Of a stretch of DNA of 64,000 bases, positions 12,286 through 24,900 are shown piece by piece; position 1 is the first letter of the stretch; every line of letters starts with the position of its first letter. The notes below the pieces were generated by a model. It had not been told where the DNA came from. It worked only from the letters and a program-made list of their open reading frames with translations, and did not search any database. The stretch covers positions 142,476,001 to 142,540,000 of the forward strand of contig NC_082713.1 in the NCBI RefSeq assembly GCF_030144855.1, given 5' to 3'. Position numbers and translations under genes: made by a program. Source of the stretch: Hypanus sabinus (lineage: Eukaryota).

Positions 12286-13625
12286 AAGTAAGCTAGCTAA
12301 TAATATTAAAGAGGATACCAGAAGGTTCTTCAGATACATACAGTGCAAAAGAGAGGCAAGAGTGGATAACGGACAGTTGGAAAGTGATGCTGGAAAACAA
12401 ATCTGTTGGAATTCATGGAAAAAATAACAAGCAGGATTGACAAAGGAAAATTGGCTCAAGTTTTCAGAAGGCCTTTGACAAGGTGCCACACATGAGGCTG
12501 CTTAACAAGCTATGAACCCATGGGGTTACAGGAAAGATTCTCGCATGGATAAAGCGTGGCTGATTGGCAGGAAGCAAAGAGTGGGAATAAAGGGAGCCTT
12601 TTCTGGCTGGCTGCCAGTAACTAATGATGTTCCCCAGGGATCTATGTTGGGACTGAATCTTTTGACTGTACATTATATGTCAATGAGTTGGATGATGGAA
12701 CTGATGACTTTGTTGGAAAGTTTGCAGATGATATGAATAGTTGGAGAGGAAGTAGAGAGACTACAGAAGGACTTAGGCTGATTAGAAGAATGGGCAAAGA
12801 AGTGGAAGATGGAAATCAGAGTTAGCAAGTGTATGGCCATGCATTCTGATGGAAGAAATGAAAGTGCTGACTATTTTCTAAATGGTTAGAAAATACTAAA
12901 AGCTGAGGCATAAAAGGACTTGGGAATCCTTGTGCAGGATTCTCTGAAGGTGAATTTGCAGATTAAGTTTGTGGTGAGGAATGCAAATGTGATGTTATCG
13001 TTCAATTCAAGAAGGCTGGAATATAAAAGCAAGAATGTAATGTTGAAACTTTAGAAAGCATTGGTGAAGCCTCACTTGGAGTATTGTGAGCAGCTTTGGG
13101 CCCCTTACCTTAGAAAGGATGTGCAGAAACTGGAGAGGGTTCAAAGGAGATTCACAAAAATGATTCTAGGATTGACTGGCTTGTCATATGAAGAACAATT
13201 GATGACTCTGGGCCTGTATTCACTGGAATTCAGAAGAATGAAGGGTGACCTCATTGAAATCTCTCAAATGGTGAAAGGCCTTTATGGAGTGGGTGTTTCC
13301 TATGGTGGGAGAGTCTAAGACCAGAGAACACAGCCTCAGAATAGAAGAACGTCCTTTTAGAATGGAGACGAGAGGAAATCTCTTTAACCAGAGAGTGGCG
13401 AATCTGTGGAATTCTTTGCCACAGGCAGCTGTGGAGGCCGAGTTTTTGTGTATATTTAAGGCAGAGGTTGATAGATTCTTGATTCATCAGGCCATGAGAA
13501 GATATGGGGAGAAGGCAGGAGATTGGGGCTGAGAGGAAAATGGGATCAGCCATGATCAAATGGTGGAGCAGATTTGATGGACCAAATGGCCTAATTCTAC
13601 TGCCATATCTTATGGTTTCATGGTC
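12286..13625 (+). mobile_element. Decayed CR1 LINE (RT to 3' end)
   Basis: FQKAFDKVPH, VPQGSMLG, HLEYCEQLWAPYLRKD remnants; tail is tcttatggtttcatggtct. Confidence 0.9.
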
Positions 13626-14659
13626 TAGAATTCTGGTTGTGGGAGAGGCAATATTGGGCAACAATTCTACATTATGTTTTGGCATAGCAAGTGGAATTGC
13701 TCCTTGCATTTTTCATCAATGGAAGGGAAAAAGATGAAAGAATTATAGAAACTTACAACATAGAAGAAGCATTTGTGACCCACAGTGTGTCTACGCCAGA
13801 AAAGATATGGTAATGGCCATAGGGTGTGCTCGGACTAAACTTACCTAACTTTATGTAGCTTGATCAAATCTCCCCTCCATTCCAAAGTAAATAACTCTAA
13901 TATAGCCAGTCTATCTCTATAAATAAAATTTTGAGCCTGGCAACAAATTTATGAAACACTTATTAAATAACGCTTGTCCACACATATTAGTATGATATTT
14001 TATTGGCAAAGTTATGAAAGTATCAATGGAGCCATTCTCTGACTTCTAACTACCATCAGACTAGCCTATGTGTTAAAAAAAAATCAGAAACTCCAATATT
14101 CATTAGACGCTAATTTGCAATTATTAAGTAAAGTGTATGGAACAGTGTGCTCTGCATGTTGCTTGACTTCCAGTGTACACTTTCTTGGCAAAGTTCTTAG
14201 CTGAATATACCATCTCTGGTGTTATTACTTTCCCCTGTAACGTGACAACAGTATTTTTACATTGTGATCTTACTTATGTTTTATACAGTCCCAGTTCAAT
14301 CATCCATCTCGGTGTTCAATTCCAAATGCCACTTTATTAGCCATTAGCAGTTTATAAATTTCTTCCTTTTTATATACAACACTATTGTGGAAACATTTGT
14401 TGGTTTCTTGAATATGACCTCTTCATTTAAGTCCAAATCATTGATATTTACCATAAGAAGAAAAAGACCTAGTGTTGGGTTGTGTATTTAAAATTTCTGT
14501 AATATTTGGGTAATATAGGAACTATATTGTTTGATTAAGCATTCTTTGTTATTTACATAATGCATTGCAGAATATATGTAAGGATACGCAAATGGCATAT
14601 ATCATTGTGCTGCTTAAGGGTTTGCTTAGGCCCGCATTTCTGGCTCTCTTGTTTTCCTG

Positions 14660-15822
14660 GAATTAGGCCATCAACCCATTGAGTCCACTCCGCCATTTCA
14701 TCATGGCTGATCCCGGATCCCATTCAACTCTATAAGCTTCTCTCTCGTCATATCCCTTGATGCCTTGACCAATCAGGAGTCTATCAACTTCCACTTTAAA
14801 TATACTCATGGACCCGGCCTCAACTATAGTCCTCAGAGCATTCCACAGATTCACCACTCTTCGGCTAAAAAAATTCCTCCTTACTTCTGTTCCAAAAGGT
14901 TGCCCCTCAATTTTGAGGTTGTGCCCTCTAGTTCCGAATACCCCTACCAGAGGAAACATCCTCTCCACATTCACCTTATCTAGTCCTTTCGACATTCGGT
15001 GGGTTTCAATGAGATCCCCAGCATTCTTCAAAACTCCAGTGCGTACAGGCCCGAAGCTGCCAAAGGCTCCTCATACGTTAACCCTTCAATCCTAGAATCA
15101 TCCTTGTGAGCCTCCTCTGGACTCTCTCCAATGGTAATACAGCCTTTCTGAGATATGGGACTCAAAACTGTTGACAATACTCCATGTGCAGCCCAGTATC
15201 TTATAAAGCTTCAGCATTATCTCCTTGTTTTTATATTCTATTCCCTTGAAATAAATGTCAACATTGCATTTGCTTTCTTTACCACAGACTCAATCTGTGA
15301 ATTAACTTTCTGGGAGACTTAAATGAGGACTCTTAAAGAGTCCCTTTGCACCTCTGACTTTTGAATTTTTCTCCCCAATTAGATAATAGTCTACTCTATT
15401 GCTCCTTTTACCAAAATGCATCATCATACATTTCCCAGCACTGTATTCCATCTGCCACTTCTTTGCCTACTCTTCCAATTTGTCTAAGCCCTACTGCAAT
15501 CACATTGCTTCCTCAGCACTACCTACCCCTCCACCTATCTTTGTATCATCTGCAAACTTTGCCACAAAGCCATGAATTCCACTATCTAAATCATTGACAA
15601 ACAATGTGAAAAGTAGCAGTCCCTATACTGACCTTTGAGGAACACCACTAGTCACTGGCAGCCATCCAGAAAAGATCCCCAGTATTTCCACTAGCTGCCA
15701 TTCCTCTATCCATGCCAGTATCTTTCCTGTAACACCATAGGATTTTATCTTGTTAAGCAGACTCATGTGTGGCACCTTGTCAAATACCTTCTGAAAATCC
15801 AAGTAAATGGACATCCACTGCC
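14660..15822 (-). mobile_element. CR1 LINE fragment nested in the LTR element
   Basis: IYLDFQKVFDKVPH, SGVPQ, GDLIETHRM...GHNLKI...RRNFFSRRVVNLWNAL. Confidence 0.9.
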
Positions 15823-15830
15823 TAAGAAAG

Positions 15831-16382
15831 GTATTGGATGATGCCACAACTGTCTCTATACTGTACACCATGAACTGTTGCCCAACAGAATGGAAAACAT
15901 ATTTTACCAAAGAAGAACCATTCCGCTCAGAGGAATTGTGAAAGTGACAAAAGCAGTGGTCAACCTACAACAGTTGTTGTAGGTAAATTATCTGACAAAG
16001 CCTCTGATAAGTTAATCAAGCAGTTGCCTGTGAAATGTTGCTTGGATTTAAGAGAAAAGAAAGTTCAAGGAGCTTCAGGAAAGTTGCAAGCATTCGGGGT
16101 TTGTCAGTATAAAGAACCAGAAGCTTGGATTCAAAAAGCTTTTGGTAAAAGTAGGTGCAAAGACCAAAGGCCAGCTGAATGAATGGAAGGCCAAAGAGAA
16201 AGGAGTCAATGGAGATATGAAAACAGAGGATTCGTCAGATGATGATGGGGATGAGGAAACCAAGAGGAGAGATCAGACCATAAAGGGAGTGACTGAAGGA
16301 TTAATAAGAGGATACTCCAGTGAACTAAACGGATCTTCCTAAGATCAAGATGCACAAACTAGGAAAAGGACAGAGAGGAAGG
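15831..16382 (+). pseudogene. RBM25: Intron-less RBM25 coding fragment (RRM and following region), disabled by a frameshifting deletion and a stop
   Basis: Frame from 15892: GKHILPKKNHSAQRNCESDKSSGQPTTVVVGKLSDKASDKLIKQLPVKCCLDLREKKVQGASGKLQAFGVCQYKEPE. Next frame: GFKKLLVKVGAKTKGQLNEWKAKEK...DEETKRRDQTIKGVTEGLIRGYSSELNGSS*. These match recalled RBM25 segments TTVFVGNISEKASDMLIRQLL, VQGASGKLQAFGFCEYKEPE, KKLLVKVDAKTKAQLDEWKAK and DEETKRRDQMIKGAIEVLIREYSSELN. Confidence 0.9.
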
Positions 16383-16522
16383 CGTCCAGAGCTGTTAGAG
16401 CCATTTCCTGCAGTCTCAGTCAATTCCTATAACCACTGTGAAGGAAGCTCCAGAAACCAAGATTGTTTTCGCAGCCACAAGTCTCATCTGCCAAGCAGCA
16501 CAACCTCCCTTGTCAGGAAAGA

Positions 16523-16925
16523 CTCTCAAAGGATTCGAAGTACATTTATTATCAAAGTATCTATGCAGTATACAACCCTGAAGCTCATCTTCTCCACAGA
16601 CAGCCACAAAAGCAAAATCATGGAAGCCATTCAAAAAGAAAGTCAATTCCCCCTCCCCCATGTGCAAAAAGAGATTGTGCAAACAGCAACAAAGAACAAC
16701 AAGCAAAAAACACAGAATATAAAACACAAAATCAAATTTTCAGCTCAGCGTTCATTGTCTGTAGGCTGCCCTGGTGGAAATTGCCCAAAATACAATGAAG
16801 AAAAGAGGTGACCACAAAAACGTATTGTCCGTGAAGAGACCAATCCACAAACCTCCACAAACCAAAATGGTTAAACCTTGATCCAGCACCATCCTCCAAA
16901 GGTATCGAAGGGAGAGAGATCATTC
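16523..16925 (-). mobile_element. Unclassified retroelement 3' fragment inserted in the LTR element
   Basis: Minus strand ends with an aataaatgtacttcgaatcctttgaga tail and interrupts the element's 3' internal region. Confidence 0.5.
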
Positions 16926-18204
16926 ATTCATTATCCCACAAAAGTAAGAAAACCTGTACAGCAATTAAATCTTTAGGCCTGAACTGGACAATTTATAATT
17001 TACTATGCTGGAAGTGTTTATATAATAGTTGAATTATACAGTGTACTATATATGTTGAGGTGCATTCTGTATTGAATTGCAGTATATAGCTAAGCATGGA
17101 GTGTTGTGCATTTAGTATTTCAGTAATAAGTGATATTGTAAGTATACTGTTTGATAAAGTATTCTTTGTTGTTTATATAATGTTTACATAATAGTTATAT
17201 GTAAAAATATGTAAATAGCACATGTTATTATGTCGCCACGTCATATGTGTTTGCCTCACAAAGTAAAAACAAAGTTTGACTCGCATTCCTGCCTCCCTTG
17301 TTTTCCTTTCAATTAGTTTTTATGTTTTGGAGTGACAAAACATAACATGCTGAGTAATGGGAAACCTCACTGCACACTATCTTCCAGTCACTAAAACTAC
17401 TGATAACCATTACCCTTTGTTTTGTGCCACTAAGATGATGTTTTGAGATTAAATGTCTTTTTTTTGGTTTTCCAAATCTGAGGTTTACTGGTTTACCTCC
17501 TTCCAGCTCATTTCCTTTAAAAGCAGCCTCATCAATCCTATTTGCTCCATTTAGTCATTTCAATGGCTCTGGATACAATGGATGATTTTCTTTTTAACTT
17601 CAACAAACAATCCAGCATTTAAAAAACAGGGAAAAGGTGGAGTATTTGACCAGTCAAGTCCGTAAGCCTGTGAAAACATGGCTGATCCAGTCTTAGCTAC
17701 AACATTATTTTCCAGCTTTCTCCTTTGCAGTTTAACTATCAACGTCTGTGTTGAATATATGCAATACTTATGCCAACATTGCTGACATCCGAGGAAAGAA
17801 GTTCCTCTTTTCCATCTAAAATGTGTAACAACTTATTTCTAGTTCCAGATGCTTCACCAATATTGATTACCAATCTGAAAATAAACCATTCTTCCTGACT
17901 ATCTGTTTTACATTAGTTAGACAATCCGCTATCCAAGCCAATATAATTTCCCCAACCCTCTTATCTTATGCAGTTACCTTTTATAAGCATAATCAAATAT
18001 TCACACAGAGGTAGTGATTAAATGGAACGAGCTGCCAGATACAGCAGAGGAGACAGGTACAATTACAATGTTTAAAAGACATTTAGATATGTTCACACGG
18101 AGGAAATGCCGAGAAGTATATGGATCAAATAGAGAGAAATGAAACTAGTTCAGGAAAGTACCTGAGTTACACTAGGAAACCAGGAAAGCACACTACCAGT
18201 AAAG

Positions 18205-19032
18205 TACAACACTGCACTGATTGGCCTAATCTCAAATAATAATGAGGTGGCCTACAGAGAAGAAGTCATCACCCTGAAACAGTGGCGTCAAGAAAACAAC
18301 CTCTCCCTCAATGTCTCAAAAACAAAGGAGCTGGTTGTGGACTATGGGAGGAATGGAGACAGGCTAGCCCCGATTGACTTCAATGGATCTGGCGTTGGGA
18401 GGGTGAACAGCTTTAAGTTCCTTGGCATAAACATCACTGAGGATCTCACGTGGTTTGTACATACTGGCTGTGTGGTGGAAAAGGCACAACAGCGCCTCTT
18501 TCACCTCAGACTGTTGAAGAGGTTTAGTATGAGCCCCCAAATCCCAAGAACTTTCTATAGGGGCACAATTGAGAGCATCCTGACTGGCTGCATCACTGCC
18601 TGGTATGGGAACTGTACTTCCCTCAATCGCAGGACTCTGCAGAGGGTTTTGCAGACAGCCCAGTGCATCTGCAGATATGAACTTCCCACTGTTCAGGATA
18701 TTTACAAAGGGATGTAAAAAGGGCCCAAAGGATCATTGGAGACCCGAGTCACCCCAGCCACAAACTGTTCCAGTTGCTACCATCTGGGAAATGGTACCGC
18801 AGCATAAAAGCCAGGAGCAACAGGCTTTGGGACAACTTCTTTCACCAGACCATCAGACTACTTAATTCATGCTGACGCTACTGTATTTCTATGTTATACT
18901 GACTATCCATTGAGCATACTATTTATTATAAATTACTATAAATTGCACATTGCACATTTAGATGGAGACGTAACAAAGATTTTTACTCCTCACGTATATG
19001 AAGGATGTAAATAATAATTCAGTTCAATTCAA
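18205..19032 (+). mobile_element. Rex1/Babar-type LINE (RT C-terminus to 3' tail)
   Basis: NNLSLNVSKTKELVVDY...FKFLGINITEDLTW...FYRGTIESILTGCITAWYG; tail is aataattcagttcaattcaat. Confidence 0.9.
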
Positions 19033-20394
19033 TAGTCATTATGGATGATTTGGACTAGTCTGCTTTTATGTTTTATCTTCTTTTATAAGGGCAGCAACTC
19101 AAATAAGGAAATGATGGGAAAATGACCAAAAGTTTTATTCAAAATAAGAATTAAATTTAGGGACATAGAAGGAGGTAGACAGAAAAAGGGCCTAGGGAAG
19201 GGCTTCTGTAAGTATCACTTCCAATGGTGGATCAATTAAAGTCAGATGTATAAAAGACCACCAGTATTTAAGGAGTACAGAGATTGGTATGTTATAAGCC
19301 TGTACAAGGTTACATAAACTGAGAGGAATAAGGATATGAAAACAAAATGAGACTGGCAAGCATGTAGGGCAATGAGCTTCCAACGTGCTGGTTCTAACGT
19401 GTCTTGTGTACAGGATGAAATAAGTAAAATAAGCTTTGAAGCATTCATTGCATTGAATCATAGTTCTCTAGCAGCAGTAAAAGTTTGAAGCAGTTTCAAT
19501 TATATCACTCAGGTAGAAACAAACCAGAGGAAGTTATCAGAAGATCTACAGGGAATTGCTGTGCTGGAAAAGTATGAGCCTGATGTGCAACTGTTTGTCT
19601 TATATTTCCATTTTAATATAAAGAGTTCAAATAGTAAAATACTGTCAAGCGATAATGACCTATATATGTTTATTCCCAATAAACAAATGAGATTTTTGCA
19701 AACAGCAGCAACTGAGAGCAATCCTACCACAGAATATCAATAATATTGGTCTGATACAAAGCTCCTTCTGCATAGGCCCGACACTGACATTTTTAAAATT
19801 TATTCCCAAATATAGTCATTTTATCTTTAGTTTAATTGAATGGTAAGTATACCATTCCAGAATTAAAGTGGACCATACTCTGAACTTATTATATGTAGAA
19901 TTTTATAATTGTCTCAAAATACATAATTCTCATCAATGTTTAGTTGAATTTAAAAGTAGATTCCACACAAACCTGCACATTGTGTTCCTCAAACAATTTA
20001 AAAGATCTTCTGAGTTGAACACTTATAGCCATGTGTGTTTTGTATGTGGATTTACTTTGTAATATAGAAAAAAAGTGCTTAGTAGGTCCTTCACCTCCTC
20101 CGGGCTCCATCCACCTACTTCTCACACAGGTTTACCCATCCCTTCCCTGTCAGGTTCCAACAGTTACTCACATTAACCTTCTCTGATGATTCACATTTTC
20201 ACTTCCTTTTCTCACTCCAGTTTTGGTAGCACTTTGTTTTCCAGCTTATCTCCCTCCACAACTCCCATTTTTACACTCTCTGCTCCCCAGTTTTTCTTCC
20301 TTCTCTCTCTGTGTCATCTTCTCAGTTTACTATTCACTTTGGAATCCTTTCTTGCTGCTTTCTTTCTTCTCTCCTTGCTGGCCATCTGACTTCT

Positions 20395-20650
20395 CCACTC
20401 TCAGTCTTGATAGACAATAGACAATAGGTACAGAAGTAGACCATTCGGCCCTTCGAGCCTGCACAGCCATTCTGAGATCATGGCTGATCATCTACTGTCA
20501 ATACCTGGTTCCTGCCTTGTCCCCATATCCCTTGAATCCCCTATCCATAAGATACCTATCTAGCCCCTTCTTACATCCTTGAAAGCTTAAAACATCAATG
20601 ATTTCTTTCCTCCCACAGATGCTGCTTGACCTGCTGAGTTCCAGCAGATG
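20395..20650 (+). mobile_element. PLE terminus interrupted by a minus-strand CR1 3' end (about 20411-20577)
   Basis: cagtcttga | tagacaatagacaatagg...CR1 tail | cttgaaagc...acagatgctgcttgacctgctgagttccagcag, with cttga duplicated at both junctions. Confidence 0.65.
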
Positions 20651-21723
20651 TAACCATTCCCTTTAAATTACAATTTCTTATTTTTCCTTCATTCTGTTTA
20701 ATATCTATATTTTTCAATTAAATATTCCTTTTAAATACCACAACCAATTTTGTTTATAGCTATGTGAAATATAATCCAAGTACAATTCTCAGTTTTTTTA
20801 GACACCTCTTTAACAGGCTTAATTAGTACATTAAGTTTGTATCTAGTTGTTCCAGATTTCATAAGGAGAAGAGTAACTCCTTATTAACAATGCCACTTCT
20901 TCTAGTTATTTTAAAGTTTATCCATATTACCATTATCCTTCCAGTATTCAAGATGTAATCTTCTTCAAATCCTTGCATAACTTAGAGCTTTTACACCCCA
21001 AAATGTCAGGCTTTCTCCAAAAGTATGTTTGTTGTGTGTAGGTATTCAGAACTGAATAGTCTCAACTTACGGCAATTCTCATTTAGGTATTATTTGTATA
21101 TTTCATTTCTCTGCCAAAGATGTATCAACTCATCCTTTCTTCTATAAAATTACAGAATAGATTATTAGATTAATCTTTGTCCTTTTGCAATTTCAAGTAA
21201 ACATTCTTCACAATCCATTGTTCTTTGTAATGTGAGATAATTTCTCATTAGGAAATACAGCCCTGATCTGCCAAATTTTTAACATTTACATCTTAAGTAA
21301 AAGCTTGAAGATATTTTACATGTATGGGTTTTAATAAAGATTTTTGTTTTTGACATTGTTTCTTACACAGTCCACTATAAATAATAACAGTAGGCAATAG
21401 TATTTGGTGTCATTTTGCAGTCATACATAATTGAAAATTATACACTTCTTAAAATACTGCAATTCATGCATCCTGACAACATTTTTGTATTTATTATTTA
21501 TAACTAAAATCTCATGCCATTTTCAATAAGCAGTAATGAAGTGGAGTCAAAGGTTTACTTATTGGTTACGTGGTAAATGAGCTAAGACAATTTCCTCCAC
21601 TGTGTTTTGTTTGCATTTTCCTCCACAAATTACACTTTGTGGGTTTTGAGTCACCCAGTCTTCATACAATCTATTCAATATCCTAATCTCACTGACTAAT
21701 ATTAATAGGTCAGAATGAGGTAT

Positions 21724-22649
21724 TGTCATAAGGGGGGCGATGGGAGCGGACCCAAAAACAAGACACAGACACTGAAGTACCAGGAACAGGACTGGGCATG
21801 AGGAGGAAGCAAGGAAAATGGGAAAGAAAGGACTGGACATGAAACAAGCCCCGGACAAGACAAGGATTCTGGGCCTGGACTAGGACTTGACAAGGACAGC
21901 GGAACCAGGACATGGAACTGGGAACTAGAAGCCTGGGCTTGGACTCCAAGCCAGAGACTGGACAAGGACCCAGAAGCTGGGTCTTGACTTGGGCTCGGAC
22001 TCCAGAACCAGGCGAGGACAAGACGAGGCTACAGGATGAGGAGAGGCACAGGATGGGATGAGAGACTCCTGGACAAGGGAACCCCAGCACTGGGCTGGGC
22101 AAGGTACTCCTGTGCTGGGTGAGGCACATGGACATGACGAGAACCCAGAGCCTTGGTCGAGGGAGAGACATGAACATGGACCACTGAGCCGGGACCCCTC
22201 CTTGGGTACAGAACGTAGGGCCGGGACTCATAACACAGAATGCTGAACGCGACGAGACAGTTCCCAATGCTAGATAACAGCAAAACAGCTAGACCTACCA
22301 AGTGAAGGCGTGGACACAGAGAGGCAGTTCCCAACACTAGGTAGTGGTAAAATGGCCAGACCTACCTAGCAAAGGTGTGGACACAGACAGACAGTTCCAA
22401 ACAGGGTGAGGCTCCAGACACAGCCAAGGCGAGGCAGGGCTCCAGGCAGAGGTGAGGTGAGGCAGGGCTCCAGGCAGGAAGGTGAAGGGAAGGGATACAG
22501 ACAGGAGGTTTGGACGGGAACAATCCAGCCACCAGAGGCTGAATCCTGAAGCTATTTATGAAGCCAGCCCAAACGAGAATCAGCTGCCTCGACAGAAACT
22601 TGGGAAACCCAGAAAGCCTGGAATAAGGAGTACGGACCAGACCGTGACA
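21724..22649 (-). mobile_element. Solo LTR (Gypsy/Sushi-like), 926 bp, with internal tandem repeats
   Basis: TGTCA...TGACA inverted ends; 5-bp TSD GGTAT/GTTAT; GC-rich internal repeats; gacccaaaa motif shared with the LTR starting at 49686. Confidence 0.75.
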
Positions 22650-22764
22650 GTTATAAAATCAAAAAATACAATTACATGAAGAATATAAATTGATCCACTT
22701 TCTCTAATTAATCTCGTGATAACTTACACTTTAACCATGTAACAGCAAACTATTTTCATTTCAT

Positions 22765-23595
22765 TGATAGAATCATAGAGTTAAACAGCATGGAAATAGG
22801 TCCTTTGTCCCCTCTTGTCCATGCTGACCAAGTCACTTACCTGAACTCATCCCACTTGTTTGTCCCATGTCCCTCTGAATCTTTCTTTTCCATGTACTGT
22901 CTAAATACCTTTTAAACAATGTATTTATAATCTCCTCTACTACTTCCTCTGGCAGTTTATTCCATTTACCCGCCATACTCTGTATGAAAAATTGTCCCTA
23001 ATGTCCCCTTTAAATCTTTCCCCTGTTTCCTTAAATATATGTCCTCTAGTTTTAGACTCCCTAATTCTGGGAAAAAGACTACTACTGTTGCCCTTATCTA
23101 TGCCCCTCATAATTTTATATACTTTGATAAGATGACCCTCATCCTTCAAATCTTCAGGGATAGATGACTTAGCTTATCCAGGCTCTACTTAAACCCAAGT
23201 TCTCCAGTCCTGGCAAAATCTTTGTGAATCTTTGCTATACCCTTTCCAATTCAATAGCATCATTCTTATAGCTAGAGGCAACCAAAACTGTAAACAATAC
23301 TCCAAGTATGTTCTCACCAATACTTTGTACATTTGCAAAATGATGTCCCAATCCCTTATTGATGAAGGCAAGCATATGAATCACCTTTTTCACCACCTGG
23401 TCTATTTGCATCATAACTTTCAGGGAACTATGTATCTGTATCCCCAGGTCTTTCTATTCAACAACACCCTCCAGGGCTCTATCATTTACTGTGTCAGTCT
23501 TGCTCTGGCTTAACTTAACAGAGTGAACGACCTCACACTTGTCCATGTTAACTTCCATCTACTATTCTTCAGCACACTTGCCCAGTTGGTCATAA
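22765..23595 (-). mobile_element. Decayed CR1 LINE 3' part
   Basis: LIKVYKIMRGIDK...KTRGH; YKVLVRTYLEYCLQFW. Confidence 0.85.
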
Positions 23596-23695
23596 TGCCC
23601 TAGTTCCATGCACCAATCTTCTGAGCACCTCTGCTTTAACCATCAGGCTTCCTGCATTAAAACAAATGCATTTTGTCTATCATACCTTACTTGCT

Positions 23696-23840
23696 AACAA
23701 AAGAAAATCTACAGATGCTGGAAATCCAAGAAACACACACAAAATGCTGGAGGAACTCAGCAGGCCAGGCAGCATCTATGGAAAAGAGTACAGTTGACGT
23801 TTTGGCCCAAAACGTTGACTGTACTCTTTTCCATAGAAGA
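23696..23840. mobile_element. PLE terminus with an inverted duplication (63-nt hairpin)
   Basis: tctatggaaaagagtacagttgacgttttgg c ccaaaacgttgactgtactcttttccataga. Confidence 0.75.
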
Positions 23841-23860
23841 TACCTTACTTGCTCCCTATC

Positions 23861-24245
23861 TAGAAACATAGAAACAGAGAAAACCTACAGCACAACACAG
23901 ACCCTTTGGCCCACAAAGCTGTGCGGAACATGTCCTTACCTTAGAAATTACCTAGGGTTACCTATAGCCCTCTATTTTACTGAGCTCCATGTACCTGCTC
24001 AGGAGTCTCTTAAAAGACCCTATCATATCCACCTCCACCAACGCTGCTGGCAGCCCATTCCATGCATTCACTATTCTGCATAAAAAACTTACCCCTGACA
24101 TCTCCTTTGTACCTACTTCCAAGCACCTTAAAACTTTGCCCTCTCATGCTAGCCATTGGGAAAAAGCCTCTGACTGTCCACACGATCAATGCCTCTCATC
24201 ATCTTATACACCTCTGTCAGGTCACCTCTCATCCTCCGTCGCTCT
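23861..24245 (-). mobile_element. CR1 3' fragment
   Basis: Tail agaaacatagaaac...cacaacacagaccctttggccc followed by reverse-complement ORF2 end. Confidence 0.8.
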
Positions 24246-24379
24246 GTCTGTTCTGTCTACTAAACTTGCTCACTTTTAACTCTTAACTTTAGTCTCAACT
24301 TTCCTATCTGTCACACCACTACTTTGGTTTCCAGTCCTCTGAGACTGTTTAAACCCTCCCTATTGCACTGCAAGCCTCT

Positions 24380-24900
24380 TTGCCATGAAATTAGTTCCTC
24401 TTAATTTCAGGTGCAACCAGATCTTGTACAGATCGTACTTACTCTGGAAGCGAGTGCAATGATCCATATAGCCAAAGCTCTCCCTCTTGCACCAGCTCCT
24501 TAGTCACATATTTAACTATTCCTTGTCTTGCTAGTTTGTAACATGGGAACTAATCCTGAAAATGCAATCTTGTGTGCTCCATTTTAACTTACTACTTAGC
24601 TCCTAAATTCTTTTGGCAGCAGATCTTCTATGCCCTCTGGCTGCTCACCCTCACCCTTCAGAATGTCTTGTGCCTGCTTAGAGACATCCTTATCCCTGAC
24701 ACCAGGGAACCAGCACACAATCCTGGAGTCGCATAAATGCTTGTCAATTCCTCTTTCTAAAGAGTTCTCTGTCACTATTGTTCACCACTTCTTTGCCCTA
24801 CAGCAGAGCTATTGATGGTGTTATTGATCTGGTTGCTGGTGCTGTCTTTCTCCCCAGCGAGGGAGGATATGCAACAGTGTACAAAGTTTGAGAGGGGTTA
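24380..24900 (-). mobile_element. Decayed CR1 ORF1 (SGNH esterase region)
   Basis: Minus strand resembles IVIGDS..RGID...DSRIVC.FPG.R of CR1 ORF1. Confidence 0.55.

Larger units (their letters stand above)
14478..17347 (+). mobile_element. Internally replaced Gypsy-type LTR retrotransposon (5' LTR about 14478-14665, 3' LTR 17102-17347)
   Basis: Two homologous AT-rich LTRs (gttgtgtatttaaaatttctgtaata vs gttgtgcatttagtatttcagtaata; attctttgtt; cgcatt..ttgttttcct..aattag). The 3' LTR runs TG...CA with a purine-rich PPT-like tract before 17102. 5-bp TSD TGTTG (14473-77) / TGCTG (17348-52). Confidence 0.75.

Noticed and set aside
21559-22337. Several overlapping ORFs up to 185 aa
   Set aside because: Low-complexity translations of the GC-rich solo LTR.
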